A stretch of 63,355 nucleotides of DNA from Candidatus Eiseniibacteriota bacterium (GTDB lineage: Bacteria; Eisenbacteria; RBG-16-71-46): NCBI GenBank assembly GCA_031364845.1, contig JANLWX010000033.1, positions 1 to 63,355 on the forward strand, given 5' to 3'. The stretch's first letter is position 1; the number at the start of each line of letters is the position of its first letter. Under the pieces are notes generated by a model. It was not told where the DNA came from, searched no databases, and saw nothing but the letters and a program-made list of their open reading frames with translations. Below are positions 16,639 to 26,900 of the stretch, one piece after another. The translations under genes and the position numbers were made by a program.

Positions 16639-19600
16639 ATGACTCTGAGGCAAGTTTTTTGCTTTGCGCGGGCATGCGCGATCATCGTCGTTCTTCTCCA
16701 GCTTTACACATACGGCACAGCGCGAGGCGCGCCTTCAGCCAATTCCGGCAAGCCCAGGTTCGTTCGCGTCGGCGAAACGATCCGTATGCAGATGCCGCAA
16801 GCCGCCCTGGTGAACAAATGCATCCCCTTCGAACTCCTCGCCGAAGCCACGGACACGGTTACGATCGATGCCCGCGCGCTGGACTTCGACGTTGCGCTCG
16901 AGGTGTCGCGTCGCGGGGTAAACGGCGAGCTCGAGATCCTCGCCAAGGACGACAACAGCGGCACAGCGAGCAACAGTCGGATCACCGTGGGCCTCGTTGC
17001 CAGCGTGCCCTATCGCATCGTCGTGCGCTGCAAGGACGAGGATCTCACCGGCGAGTTCGAACTGCAGTTGACGGCGGGGAGGATCGAGCCGCTCGACTTC
17101 AAGGGGGAGCAGCAGGCCGAAATGGGCTACTGGAAAGCAATCGAGGACCGGGCGCGGGAGAATGGCGATCGGGTCCGCGAGGCGATTGGTCTGAACGGTC
17201 GCGCTACAATTCTACAGGCCCGTGGTGAGTACAATGAAGCGAGACCTCTCTTCGAACGGTGCGTGACGTTGATAGAAGAGGCCTTCGGTCCGGAAGACCA
17301 AAACCTCGCCACGAATCTGAACAACCTTGCCCTGCTTCTGCAGGTCATGGGCTCTTACGGAGAAGCGAAGCCGCTATACGAGCGGGCTCTGGCGATTTGG
17401 GAAAAGCAGCGAGGTCCCCAGGACCTCGATGTGGCTACGGCCATGAACAACCTCGGCATCATTCACCTCCTCCTTGGGTCCTACGCGGAGGCAAAATCGT
17501 TCTACGAGCGCTCGCTGGCCATCCGCGAAGAGAAGTTGGGTCCCGAGGATCCGCTGGTCGCGAACAGCCTCGGTAATCTAGCGGGATTGCTACAAACGGA
17601 AGGCGATTTCATGGCAGCCAAGCCCTTGTTCGAGCGCTCCCTGGCGATCCGCGAGAAACAGCTTGGCCCCGAGCATCCCCTGGTCGCCAATGGGCTCTCC
17701 AACCTGGGAGCGTTGTTTCTGGCACTCGGCGCCTATGCCGACGGCAAGGCGGCCATGGAGCGTGCCCTGGTCATTCGTGAGAAACAGCTCGGCACGCAAC
17801 ATCCGCTATTTGCAAAGACTCTCAACAATGTCGGGAGCACACTCGCGAAGATGGGAGACTACGCCGGCTCGAAGCGAGTTCTCGAGCGTTCGCTGGCGAT
17901 CTCCGAGAAACAACTCGGTCCGGACAACCCGGACGTGATTCAAACCCGCGCCGACCTCGCCGATCTGGCACTCGCCATGGGATCGCATGCAGAGGCTGAG
18001 TCGCTCCAGCTTCAATGTCTTGCGTTACGAGAGAAAAAATTTGGTCCGGAGCATCCTCACGTCGCCGCAAGCCTCACCAGCCTAGCCGTAATCTACCGGG
18101 TGCAGGGCGCCTACGCGAAGGCGAAGCGGCTCTGCGAGCGGGCGCTGGCGTATCACGAGAAACTCCTCGGGCCGGATCATCCCGAGGTAGCGAAGGATCT
18201 GAATGCCTTGGCTCGGATAGAGGCACTCATGGGTGAACGTGAGGAGGCGCTAAAGGATGCGCTCCGCGCCGAACAGCTCGGCAGAAACCATCTTCGCCTG
18301 ACGGCTCGCGTTCTCCCGGAACGGCAGGCGCTTCGCTACGCAACCGTTCGAGCCCAGGGCTTGGACCTCGCGCTCTCTATCGCGGTGAAGAGTGGCGCCG
18401 GTGACCCGAAGGTCGCGCGTGAGACCTGGGAGTCGCTGATCCGTTCGCGCGCCCTTGTTCTCGACGAGATGGCCGCACGGCACAAGGCACTCGCTCTAGC
18501 GAACGATCCCGAGATCGAAGCCCTGGAGCGGAAGCTCACTGCCACCAGCGCGCGTTATGCGAATCTGCTCGTTCGTGGACCCGGGCGAGATCCGATCGAG
18601 CGCTATCGTGGACTCCTCGACGACGCGTGGCATGAGAAGGAGCAGACTGAGCAGGTCCTCGCGGGGATGAGTTCTGCGTTCCGTCCTGACGCTGGCGGCG
18701 AGACGGGCGGTTTCGACGAGATCGCCCGCGATCTACCGCCGAAGGGCGCCCTCGTGGCCTTCGCCCTCTACAACCGATACAAGGTTGCCGACTCGCGCAC
18801 GATCACGTCCGCTGCGGACTCCGCAGCAGCGACGGACACGACGGGTGCGTCTCGAATCGTGCCGTCGTATCTGGCGTTCGTCTTGCACGGCGAGAAGTCA
18901 GAGCCGGTCGTCGTGCCACTGGGCCCTGCCGAAGAGATCGACCGCCTCGTGTCGGTATGGCAGCGCGAGGCCGCCACCGGCAGTCAGGTTTCATGGCGCT
19001 CGGCGGCAGCGACCGAGGAGTCGTATCGTCGGGCAGGCGCTCGGCTGAGGGCACGGGTCTGGGATCCGCTCGCTTCGCACATCGGTCGTGCCCGGAGAAT
19101 CTTCGTAATTCCGGATGGAGCCATAAATCTCGTAAGCCTGGTGGCGCTGCCGGTCGGAAAATCGGCCTATCTCATCGAGAAGTCTCCCCTGATCCATTAC
19201 CTATCCGCCGAGCGGGACCTCACGGGATCGAAGGCGGAGCGCACCCGCGGAACCGGCCTTCTTGCGTTGGGTGGGCCGGCGTTCGACGACACGAGCTTCG
19301 CGACGCCGAATCCGGCGGATCGCCTCCCCGAGCCGGCCATTGCCAGCCTCGCTAAAGCTTCCGGCCCTGCCGTCGCTCCGGCGCTCCCCTTCCGCGGAGA
19401 GAGATCGGATTGCAGCGATTTCGCCGCCGTTCAGTTCGAGGCCCTGCCGGGGTCGCTCCGCGAGGTCGGGGAGATCACGGTGCTGTGGAACTCCGCAGCG
19501 GCGGCGAAAAGCGATGGGATGACCAATGGAACGGGCGCCACCGGCGCTACTGAGTGGACTGGGGACGCCGCCAACGAAGCGGCATTCAAACGAGGTGCGC

Positions 19601-20196
19601 CCGGCCGGCGTGTGCTGCATCTCGCCACGCACGGTTTCTTCCTCGGCGGGGCGTGCAGGTCGGCGCTGGAAACCTCACGCGGAGTCGCAACGCCAATTCC
19701 AAACGCGGAGACAGCGCCACGTCCGCTCGAAGCGACGTCGCCTCCTCCGATGGCGGGTGAGAACCCGCTACACCTCTCGGGTCTCGCCTTTGCGGGCGCG
19801 AATCTCCGCAGCGTAGTCCGCGGTGATGAAGACGACGGAATCCTGACTGCCGAGGAGATTGCTTCGCTCGATCTCTCCGGCGTCGAATGGGCGGTGCTGT
19901 CGGCCTGCGAAACGGGAGTCGGTGACGTCCGCGCGGGCGAAGGTATGTTCGGCCTGCGGCGCGCGTTCCAGGTCGCTGGCGTAGGAGCGTTGATCACCAG
20001 CCTGTGGTCGGTAGAGGACGAATCGACACGCGCCTGGATGAGGTCGCTCTACGAGGGCCGTCTCGAGAACCATCTCGACACGGCCGAGGCCGCACGGCGC
20101 GCCGGCCTGGAGGTGCTTCGGGACCACCGAGCGCGGAAGCAGTCCACGCACCCCTTCTATTGGGGCGCATTCGTCGCGGCCGGCGACTGGCGGTGA
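16639..20196 (+). CDS. TPR-repeat CHAT (caspase-like) domain protein
   Basis: About 8 kinesin-light-chain-like 42-aa TPRs (ERSLAIREK.LGPEHP.VA..L.NL); CHAT motifs IPDG, LHLATHG, VLSACETG, SLWSV.D, HPFYWGAF. Confidence 0.95.
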   Translation: MTLRQVFCFARACAIIVVLLQLYTYGTARGAPSANSGKPRFVRVGETIRMQMPQAALVNKCIPFELLAEATDTVTIDARALDFDVALEVSRRGVNGELEILAKDDNSGTASNSRITVGLVASVPYRIVVRCKDEDLTGEFELQLTAGRIEPLDFKGEQQAEMGYWKAIEDRARENGDRVREAIGLNGRATILQARGEYNEARPLFERCVTLIEEAFGPEDQNLATNLNNLALLLQVMGSYGEAKPLYERALAIWEKQRGPQDLDVATAMNNLGIIHLLLGSYAEAKSFYERSLAIREEKLGPEDPLVANSLGNLAGLLQTEGDFMAAKPLFERSLAIREKQLGPEHPLVANGLSNLGALFLALGAYADGKAAMERALVIREKQLGTQHPLFAKTLNNVGSTLAKMGDYAGSKRVLERSLAISEKQLGPDNPDVIQTRADLADLALAMGSHAEAESLQLQCLALREKKFGPEHPHVAASLTSLAVIYRVQGAYAKAKRLCERALAYHEKLLGPDHPEVAKDLNALARIEALMGEREEALKDALRAEQLGRNHLRLTARVLPERQALRYATVRAQGLDLALSIAVKSGAGDPKVARETWESLIRSRALVLDEMAARHKALALANDPEIEALERKLTATSARYANLLVRGPGRDPIERYRGLLDDAWHEKEQTEQVLAGMSSAFRPDAGGETGGFDEIARDLPPKGALVAFALYNRYKVADSRTITSAADSAAATDTTGASRIVPSYLAFVLHGEKSEPVVVPLGPAEEIDRLVSVWQREAATGSQVSWRSAAATEESYRRAGARLRARVWDPLASHIGRARRIFVIPDGAINLVSLVALPVGKSAYLIEKSPLIHYLSAERDLTGSKAERTRGTGLLALGGPAFDDTSFATPNPADRLPEPAIASLAKASGPAVAPALPFRGERSDCSDFAAVQFEALPGSLREVGEITVLWNSAAAAKSDGMTNGTGATGATEWTGDAANEAAFKRGAPGRRVLHLATHGFFLGGACRSALETSRGVATPIPNAETAPRPLEATSPPPMAGENPLHLSGLAFAGANLRSVVRGDEDDGILTAEEIASLDLSGVEWAVLSACETGVGDVRAGEGMFGLRRAFQVAGVGALITSLWSVEDESTRAWMRSLYEGRLENHLDTAEAARRAGLEVLRDHRARKQSTHPFYWGAFVAAGDWR

Positions 20197-20381
20197 AGGG
20201 GCTCGGTCCACAACCGGACCCTTACTTTCATCCTTGCCAGCCCCGTGCGCCGGGGCGGTCGAGCCGTCGGACACGACAACCCGCGCTTCGAGCCCGCGAG
20301 CTCCGCGGCAATCGGATCCCAAACGCGCGCACGCCGCGCAGCGCCGGCGCGGCGGTACATCGGCGATGCCGGATTCTAAGT

Positions 20382-20426
20382 TGGTGCGTCGCCTTGGAAT
20401 CGAACCAAGAACCTGCTGATTAAGAG
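20382..20426 (-). tRNA. 3' half of tRNA-Lys(CTT), att-site remnant 1 (not a full tRNA)
   Basis: Minus strand CTCTTAATCAGCAGGTTCTTGGTTCGATTCCAAGGCGACGCACCA: anticodon loop, T-arm, CCA; no D-arm upstream. Confidence 0.9.
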
Positions 20427-20464
20427 ACCCTAACCGCCGCCAGCTCGAAGCGATTGTCGCTCAC
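20427..20464. repeat. Integrative-element arm next to the tRNA fragment, copy 1 (short)
   Basis: accctaaccgccgccagctcgaagcgattgtcgctcac matches 32549-32586. Confidence 0.85.
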
Positions 20465-20498
20465 CCCCGGGTGAGAACAACGCCCTGAGACTCCACAG

Positions 20499-23270
20499 CT
20501 AGTGCAGCACCACGAGCCGTTGCCGCAGGTCAACGCCCGGCGCCCGCAGCCGTACGAAATAGACGCCCGTGTCCAGATGGCTCGTGTCGAATGTGCGCGT
20601 GTGGGCGCCGGCTTCGAAGAACCGATCGACGAGCACCGCGACCTCGCGGCCCTGCAGGTCGAACATCGTGATCTCGACCGGCGCCCTCCTGGGAACCACG
20701 AACGTGAGCGCGGCGCGGCCTCGCGCTGGCGTGGGCACGATCGGCGCGAGTGCGAAAAAAGTAAGTGCGCCTCCGGGGACGGCGCTGACCGACGTGACGA
20801 TCGAGAACGCCCCGTTGCTCGCATCGGAGACGATGCCACCGTCGGCGCCGCGCGCATCGACACGAAGGTAGGCGTCGTTCGCGACGGCAGGTCCCGTGAT
20901 GGTCCAGCCGTACGATCCCGTGTTGGGCACACCCGCCGCGATCAACTCCCAGGGTCCGCTCGCACCCGTGCGCGAGACGTAGAGGTCGACCGACAGGACG
21001 CCGTGATCGCCCGCGGCGGACCAGCGCACCGTGGTGGGCGAGCCGATGACCAGCGATTCGCCGCCGTTCGCGGCCAACACTGTGGCCGTCAGCGGCGTAG
21101 GATTGGCGGCGCCGAGCGCCGCCAAGGCCTGGCGCGGCTGGTTGCCGACGTTCAGGAAATAGCCAGCGACGTAGACGTTGGATCCGTCCGTGGACAGCGC
21201 CGAGACGCTCGATTCTGCATTCGGGTCCCATGCCGTCGCGAGACCCGCCCCGTCGAGCGCGGCGACCCTGGAGCGTGTCTGCCCGCCGATCGTGCCGAAC
21301 GCACCGCCCGCGTATACGGTCGAGCCGGCGAGGGCGAGTGCGCCGACCCGATTGTCCGCTCCAGGATTCCAGGCGGTGACCGTCGCTGAAGCCGAATCAA
21401 TCGCGGCGACGTAGCCGCGTGGCTGTCCCGCGACGCTCGTGAAAGCGCCTCCGGCGTACAGTGTCGGTCCATCGACGGCCAGTGCCAGGACCTCACCGTT
21501 CGCTCCCGGGTTCCAGGCGGTAGCGAGGCCCGTCGTGGCGTCGAGCGCTGCGATGCGGGAGCGTGACTGCCCGCCGATGCTGGTCTGAAACAAGCCGCCC
21601 GCAAAGACAGTGTTGCCGCTCACTGCGATCGCGTTCACGGCTCCGGTCGCGCTCGGATTCCAGGCGGTCAGGATGCCGGACGCTTCGTCGAACGCCGCAA
21701 TGCGATTCCGGGGCTGTCCGCCCGTGCTCGTGAACGATCCACCGACGTAGAGTACGCCGCCTGCCGGAACGATCGCGTTGACGAAGCTGTTCGGCGACGG
21801 ATTCCACGGAGTCGCGAGGCCGCTGGCCGAGTCGATCGCGGCGAGGTAGCTGCGTGCCTGTCCGCCGATGTTGTTGAAGTGGCCGCCGACGAAAACTTTC
21901 GAGCCGGAAGCCGCCACGATGTTGACGTAGGAGAGGTCGGGGTTGGGATTCCAGTCGGTCACGCGATTAGTAGTCAGGTCGATCGCAGCCAGGTGGGAAC
22001 GCAGCTTCACGTCAATTCCCCAGAACGTTCCGCCCACCACGACCGTCGAGCCACTCGGCAGCACGGAGTAGACATCGTAACCGGGGTCGGGAGGATCCCA
22101 GCCCGTCGCGAGACCCGTCGTGGCGTCGAGGGCCGCCACTCTAGCACGCGATGCCCCGCCGATCAGCTCGAAGTTCCCCCCGGCGTAGACCGTGGACCCG
22201 GTCCGCGCGATCGCGAAGACCGTCGAGCTCGCATCCGGATTCCAGGAGGTCGCGTTTCCCGTGCCGGCGAGGTTGAGCTCGGCGATGCTCTTGCGCGGAG
22301 CGCCACCGATGGACGTGAAGGACCCGCATGCATAGATCATCGAGCCGTTCAGCAGCAGTTGGTAGACAAGGCCGTTCGAAGTCGGGTTCCATGCGGTCGC
22401 CGCCGCGCTGCCAGCATCGATCGCGGCGACGGAATTGCGCAACGACCCACCGATTGTCGTGAAGGATCCGCTGACGTACACGGTGGACCCGCTGACTTGG
22501 ATCGAGCGGACTACGCCGGGGAAGCCGGTATCGAGCGGGTTGGGGTTCCACGCGGCCGCGAGCCCGGTGGCGGCGTCGAGCGCCGCGAGGCCGCTGCGAC
22601 TCTGGCCGCCGATGTTGTTGAACCCGCCTCCTGCATAGACGGTCGAACCGCTCACCGCCAAGCCATAGACGGTGCCACTGATTCCGCCAAAGCTCGAGTG
22701 CGGATCCCAGCCCGACGCGAGTCCGGTGGTGCGGTCGATCGCGGCGAGGCCCCAGCGCCCCTGGCCTCCGATGTTGTAGAAGGACCCACCCACGTAAAGC
22801 TTCGATCCGTCCAGGGCCAGGCTCCACACCGTTCCATCTGGGGACGGGGCCCAGCCGTCCAGCGTGCCGTCGGCGCGAACGTGCGCCAGGTTCGACCGAG
22901 GTACGCCGTTGACCGACGTGAATTCGCCGCCCAGGTAGAAGCCTCCCTCCCCATCAGGCGCGATCGTCCGAACGGAGGCGCTAATGCCATTCACTCGGGG
23001 CGAGGTCGCGGTCAGACTGCCCGTACCGGCGTCGAACGCAACGTAGGGCCCGGTGTATCGACCCACCGCGTCGAAGTACCCGCCGATATACAAGGTATTA
23101 CCGTGGAGGGCAGTCGTCAGGACCTGGTTGTTGGTCACCGGAAACTCTGGGTTGGCCTGCTGCGCCAGGCCGGGGCACGTGAGCGCGCCGACCCCAAAAA
23201 GAGCGAGGACTCCTGCAGCAAGTCGGAGAAGCGAGGAACGCAGTGCGGAGTGCAGCGTGAAACCTGCCAC
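20499..23270 (-). CDS. Secreted beta-propeller repeat protein (GG.F...GG..R..LAA.D..TG....W.P repeats) with Ig-like and FlgD/T9SS-like C-terminus
   Basis: More than 12 tandem ~50-aa repeats; GTG at 23270 with GGAGG RBS and signal peptide; FDLQGR...GVYFVRL tail. Confidence 0.9.
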   Translation of the reverse strand: MAGFTLHSALRSSLLRLAAGVLALFGVGALTCPGLAQQANPEFPVTNNQVLTTALHGNTLYIGGYFDAVGRYTGPYVAFDAGTGSLTATSPRVNGISASVRTIAPDGEGGFYLGGEFTSVNGVPRSNLAHVRADGTLDGWAPSPDGTVWSLALDGSKLYVGGSFYNIGGQGRWGLAAIDRTTGLASGWDPHSSFGGISGTVYGLAVSGSTVYAGGGFNNIGGQSRSGLAALDAATGLAAAWNPNPLDTGFPGVVRSIQVSGSTVYVSGSFTTIGGSLRNSVAAIDAGSAAATAWNPTSNGLVYQLLLNGSMIYACGSFTSIGGAPRKSIAELNLAGTGNATSWNPDASSTVFAIARTGSTVYAGGNFELIGGASRARVAALDATTGLATGWDPPDPGYDVYSVLPSGSTVVVGGTFWGIDVKLRSHLAAIDLTTNRVTDWNPNPDLSYVNIVAASGSKVFVGGHFNNIGGQARSYLAAIDSASGLATPWNPSPNSFVNAIVPAGGVLYVGGSFTSTGGQPRNRIAAFDEASGILTAWNPSATGAVNAIAVSGNTVFAGGLFQTSIGGQSRSRIAALDATTGLATAWNPGANGEVLALAVDGPTLYAGGAFTSVAGQPRGYVAAIDSASATVTAWNPGADNRVGALALAGSTVYAGGAFGTIGGQTRSRVAALDGAGLATAWDPNAESSVSALSTDGSNVYVAGYFLNVGNQPRQALAALGAANPTPLTATVLAANGGESLVIGSPTTVRWSAAGDHGVLSVDLYVSRTGASGPWELIAAGVPNTGSYGWTITGPAVANDAYLRVDARGADGGIVSDASNGAFSIVTSVSAVPGGALTFFALAPIVPTPARGRAALTFVVPRRAPVEITMFDLQGREVAVLVDRFFEAGAHTRTFDTSHLDTGVYFVRLRAPGVDLRQRLVVLH

Positions 23271-23390
23271 AGTGACCTCCCGAGGTGTTGGCGAGCCGCC
23301 GACAGAAATTACGGTAGGTGGGTTCGGCGACGGGATCAAGAGCCGTCTTTCCCGTGGGATCGCGTTTATGCCAGATCCGAGGTGTTCTAG

Positions 23391-23968
23391 ACAGTATGGA
23401 ACGACCGGCCTGCGGACGTAGGGTGTTGTCCTCGCGAACGAGAACACTGCCGGTGGCGGGGACGCCGCCACACTCGATCGCGGGTTAGTGCCCTGCGGCA
23501 CCAGAGCCGCACACGAAGGAGGCCGATCGTGAGCACGAACTCTATCACCTGGGTGGGGATGGACGCCCACAAGAACTCGATCAAGGTGGCGGTGTTGCTG
23601 CCCGAGCAGACGGACCCCGTCGAATGGACGGAGGACACCACGTCCGAGGCCGTCCGTCGACTGGCGCGCCGGCTGCAACGCCAGGCTCCCGGGGAGGTCG
23701 CAGATGCTACGAGGCCGGGGCGGAGGCGGCGAAGGCGTTCAGCGGCAAGATCGACTGGAGGGGCGTGCTCGGGAAGTCTCCGGTGGTCGGGGCTGAAAGT
23801 CGGGCGAGCGCCCTTGTTTGTGTGGAACCAAGCAAACAGCAGGAGTAGCCCGAAGCATCAAGATTGATCGGGTCTCGGTGCTGATCGAAATCGGCGAAAA
23901 ACCCGCGGCCACCCCGAAGGGTGGCCGCACGGAGTCAAGCGATCGCCTTGACCTAGGGTTCCATATCA
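23391..23968 (+). mobile_element. Internally deleted IS110/IS1111-family element keeping both non-coding ends
   Basis: Subterminal inverted repeats TATGGAAC (23395-23402) and GTTCCATA (23958-23965); TTGACC at 23948; transposase N-terminus inside. Confidence 0.75.
23529..23719 (+). pseudogene. IS110 DEDD transposase N-terminal fragment, frameshifted and truncated
   Basis: WVGMDAHKNSIKVAV...frameshift...CYEAG; GGAGG RBS. Confidence 0.88.
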
Positions 23969-26900
23969 CTGCACGAAGACCACCTTGTGCGAAGACTCCA
24001 CTCCGCCAGCCTTCATGCGCACGAAGTAGATCCCGCTGGACGTGGCTCGTGCCGGGGCCCAACGGTAACTGGTGACTCCCGCGGTCTGGCGGCCCTTGAA
24101 CACCGACGCCATGCGACGGCCCTGGGGGTCAAACAGGTCGAGTTGGACAGTTCCCGCTTCGGGGATCGACACCGACATCTCGAGGACGCCGCCACCGAGC
24201 ACCGGATTCCGGCTCAGCTTCAGGGATGCGCGCGATGCAATGCCCGGAGCCGGTTCTACCCCGACCAGCGGCGTGGCCCAATCCCCGATCTCGAAGCTCG
24301 GAATGTCCGCGGCGGCGATGTCCACGGCCGAGAGGGCTTCGACGTCGTCGGGCTGGCCCAGCGGGAGAATGCGCATCCCGTTGCCCACGGCGCTCGCGCC
24401 GCCCACGATCGAGATCAGCAGAGGCGCGTCCCACGACGCCACGAACACCGGCCCGGAGGCGAGGTGGCGGACCTGATCGGGCATCCGGTCGAAGTCGGCC
24501 TGCGGGTTCAGCGCGTCCAGCGTGGCGACCACGGTGCCGTTCATCAGCACCTGGAGGCGATGAGTGGTCGTCGCCGCAGCGTCCGATCCGACCCGGTGCG
24601 CGTGGCTGCCGAGGTCCAGCGGTCCCATCCGCAGCTTGCTCCCGACCTTTTCGGCCTGTACCGGAAGCACGTCCTGCTCGGCGGGATTCCCGGTGCGCTT
24701 GCCGCGGGCGGTGAGCTTCATTCGCGCCCCGGCTGCCTGCTCGCTCGCCTGCTTGATGCGCGAGAGACGTAGCAGCGTCTCGGCCGACGGCTTTTCAGCG
24801 CGCACCTTGACCCCGTCGTTTCCGCTCGAGCCGATGTTGTGAGCGACGAGCTTGCCCCCGGCGGCGGTGAGGTAGGCCTGTCCCTTCGACTCGTTGGTGG
24901 CGCCGGAACTCCCGACATCGAGACCGCCGCGCGCGAACCTCATCGAGTCGAGACTCGCGACCCCCGGGTTCTTCTGCCGCAGACTCGTCCCCGTGATCTC
25001 GGTGACCAGCGTGGCTCCCACGGCTTCGAAGCTCACTTCGTCGCCCTGATAGCGGGTGGCGCCGATCATCATGTCGAACGGCATCGGGTCGGCCAGTATC
25101 TGCGGCCCCGTCCCGGCTCCTGGCCGTTTGTAGGCCGTGGTCACCTTGACCCCCGAGCTGGCGATGCTGGCCTTGTCCTTGAGGTTCGAACGGCTCGTGT
25201 TGATGCTCGCCGCGGTCGTGCTGTTGCCAGGACCGGCCAGCACTTCGACCAGTCGCACCGACTGCGTGGGTGGATAGGTGCCGGCATGCACCACGGCGCC
25301 CTGATCCAGAATCGCGATCTTCACTCCGGTCGCACCAATTTTCGAGAAGTCCGCGCGCAGCACGATCGAATCGGGATAGACCGTCTCCGTGACCACCGCG
25401 ATCGTCGAATCGGGAACGCAGCCGACCTTGCCGCGCGTCCTCTTCTCGAGGAACGCCCCGGCGTCCGTGGCCGTATTGAATCCCATGCGGTCGCCAAACT
25501 TGATGGAGGAACCGGTGGACTTGTCGACGACCACATCGATGCCGTCGTTACCGGAGGAGCCGATTCCAACGACCGTGGCACCATCGCCGGTCGGGCTGCC
25601 GCCGAACGACGACGATCCCTTGGGCTCCATGCGAATACCGCCGCTCGAAGCGCCCATCGAATCCACGAGGGCGGGTTCCCCACGGATGACCACCTCACCC
25701 AGGTTGCTGGCCGTGATCACGGCGCCCGGGTGAGCGGCCGCCAGGGTGGCCGGAGCCTTCACCTTGAGCACCGTCGTGACCGCAGTGAGAGGCTGTCGCG
25801 GACTGGCAGCCGAGAACACGAGTTTGTCCGCCACAACCTGGGTTCCGCCGATGTTCACGGACTTCCCGCCGCTGAAGACGATCGACTGTTGCAGCTGCCC
25901 GCCCGGCTTCTTCTTGAGACCGACATCGACGCCCCCGATCCCGTCGCCCGCAGCCTGAATCTCGTTCGAGAGTGTCGTTCCCGAACGATGGAGCACGCTC
26001 GCGTTGGGCACCTGGCACGAATGCACTCGGACGCTTCCTTGATAAGCCTCGACGTGGATCTCGGAAGATTCCAGATCGGTGAAGTCCGGCGTGATGTCGA
26101 TGCCGTTCGCCACCACGTCCAGCGTGATCCTCCCCAGTGAAACCGGATCTCCGTTTGCGGTGCCGACCATTTCAGCGACGATCCGACCGCCCTGATCGAC
26201 CGCGGGGTCGACTGGCAGCGCGCCGTGGAAATCGATGCCGCGGCCCTCGTCCGGCGCCGAGGCCGGGAACGACACGCCGTCGTTTCCACTCGAGCCGATG
26301 TTGGAGACCACCAGCAGGTCCCCGCGCGTGCTGACGAGCGCGCCGCCCGTGGCGGTGTTGGTGATCCCGTCGAACTCGGCCGATGCCGCCGGGGTCGTGT
26401 CCATCGCAAAGCGGATCACCCGCCCGGGCTCCAGCACGTAGAGGTAACCGTTGGGAGTTGCCGCAACGTCGTTCTGGATCCCCGCGTGTGAGCCCGGGAA
26501 GCTCTCGGTCCACGCGGCCCACCCGCGAACGCTGGCCCCGGCGGTGGTGATCTCTGCGACCTTCACAGAGCCGGAGGTGTATCCGTCGCTTGCGAACACG
26601 TGGCCCGCCCGGTCACAGGCGAGACCGTAGGACGAGTAGAGGGGCACGGGGACCGAGTTCTCCTGGTACTGGAACGAGCCCACCAGGTTCCCGTTGGAAT
26701 CGATCTTGTGGAGGAAGGAGCCCGCCGCCCACAGGTTTCCATCTTCATCGATAGCGAGGCCGGACCCCGATTGGTAGGTGAAATCGAGAACAATGGTGTC
26801 CATTGGGGCTCCCGCGGGCGACAGCTTGGCAATCGCGGCGACATTCTGGGATGGCTGCGAAATGTCGAGATAGATGTTTCCGGAACCATCGACAGCAATG

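Noticed and set aside
17250..18240. Periodic nucleotide similarity suggesting a CRISPR or tandem DNA repeat (also 21100-23000)
   Set aside because: Explained by protein repeats (42-aa TPRs, ~50-aa propeller blades); no identical repeats with unique spacers anywhere in the window
23271..23678. N-terminal extension of the 1059-aa ORF as given in the ORF track
   Set aside because: It is the antisense of the IS110 relic; RBS and signal peptide place the start at 23270
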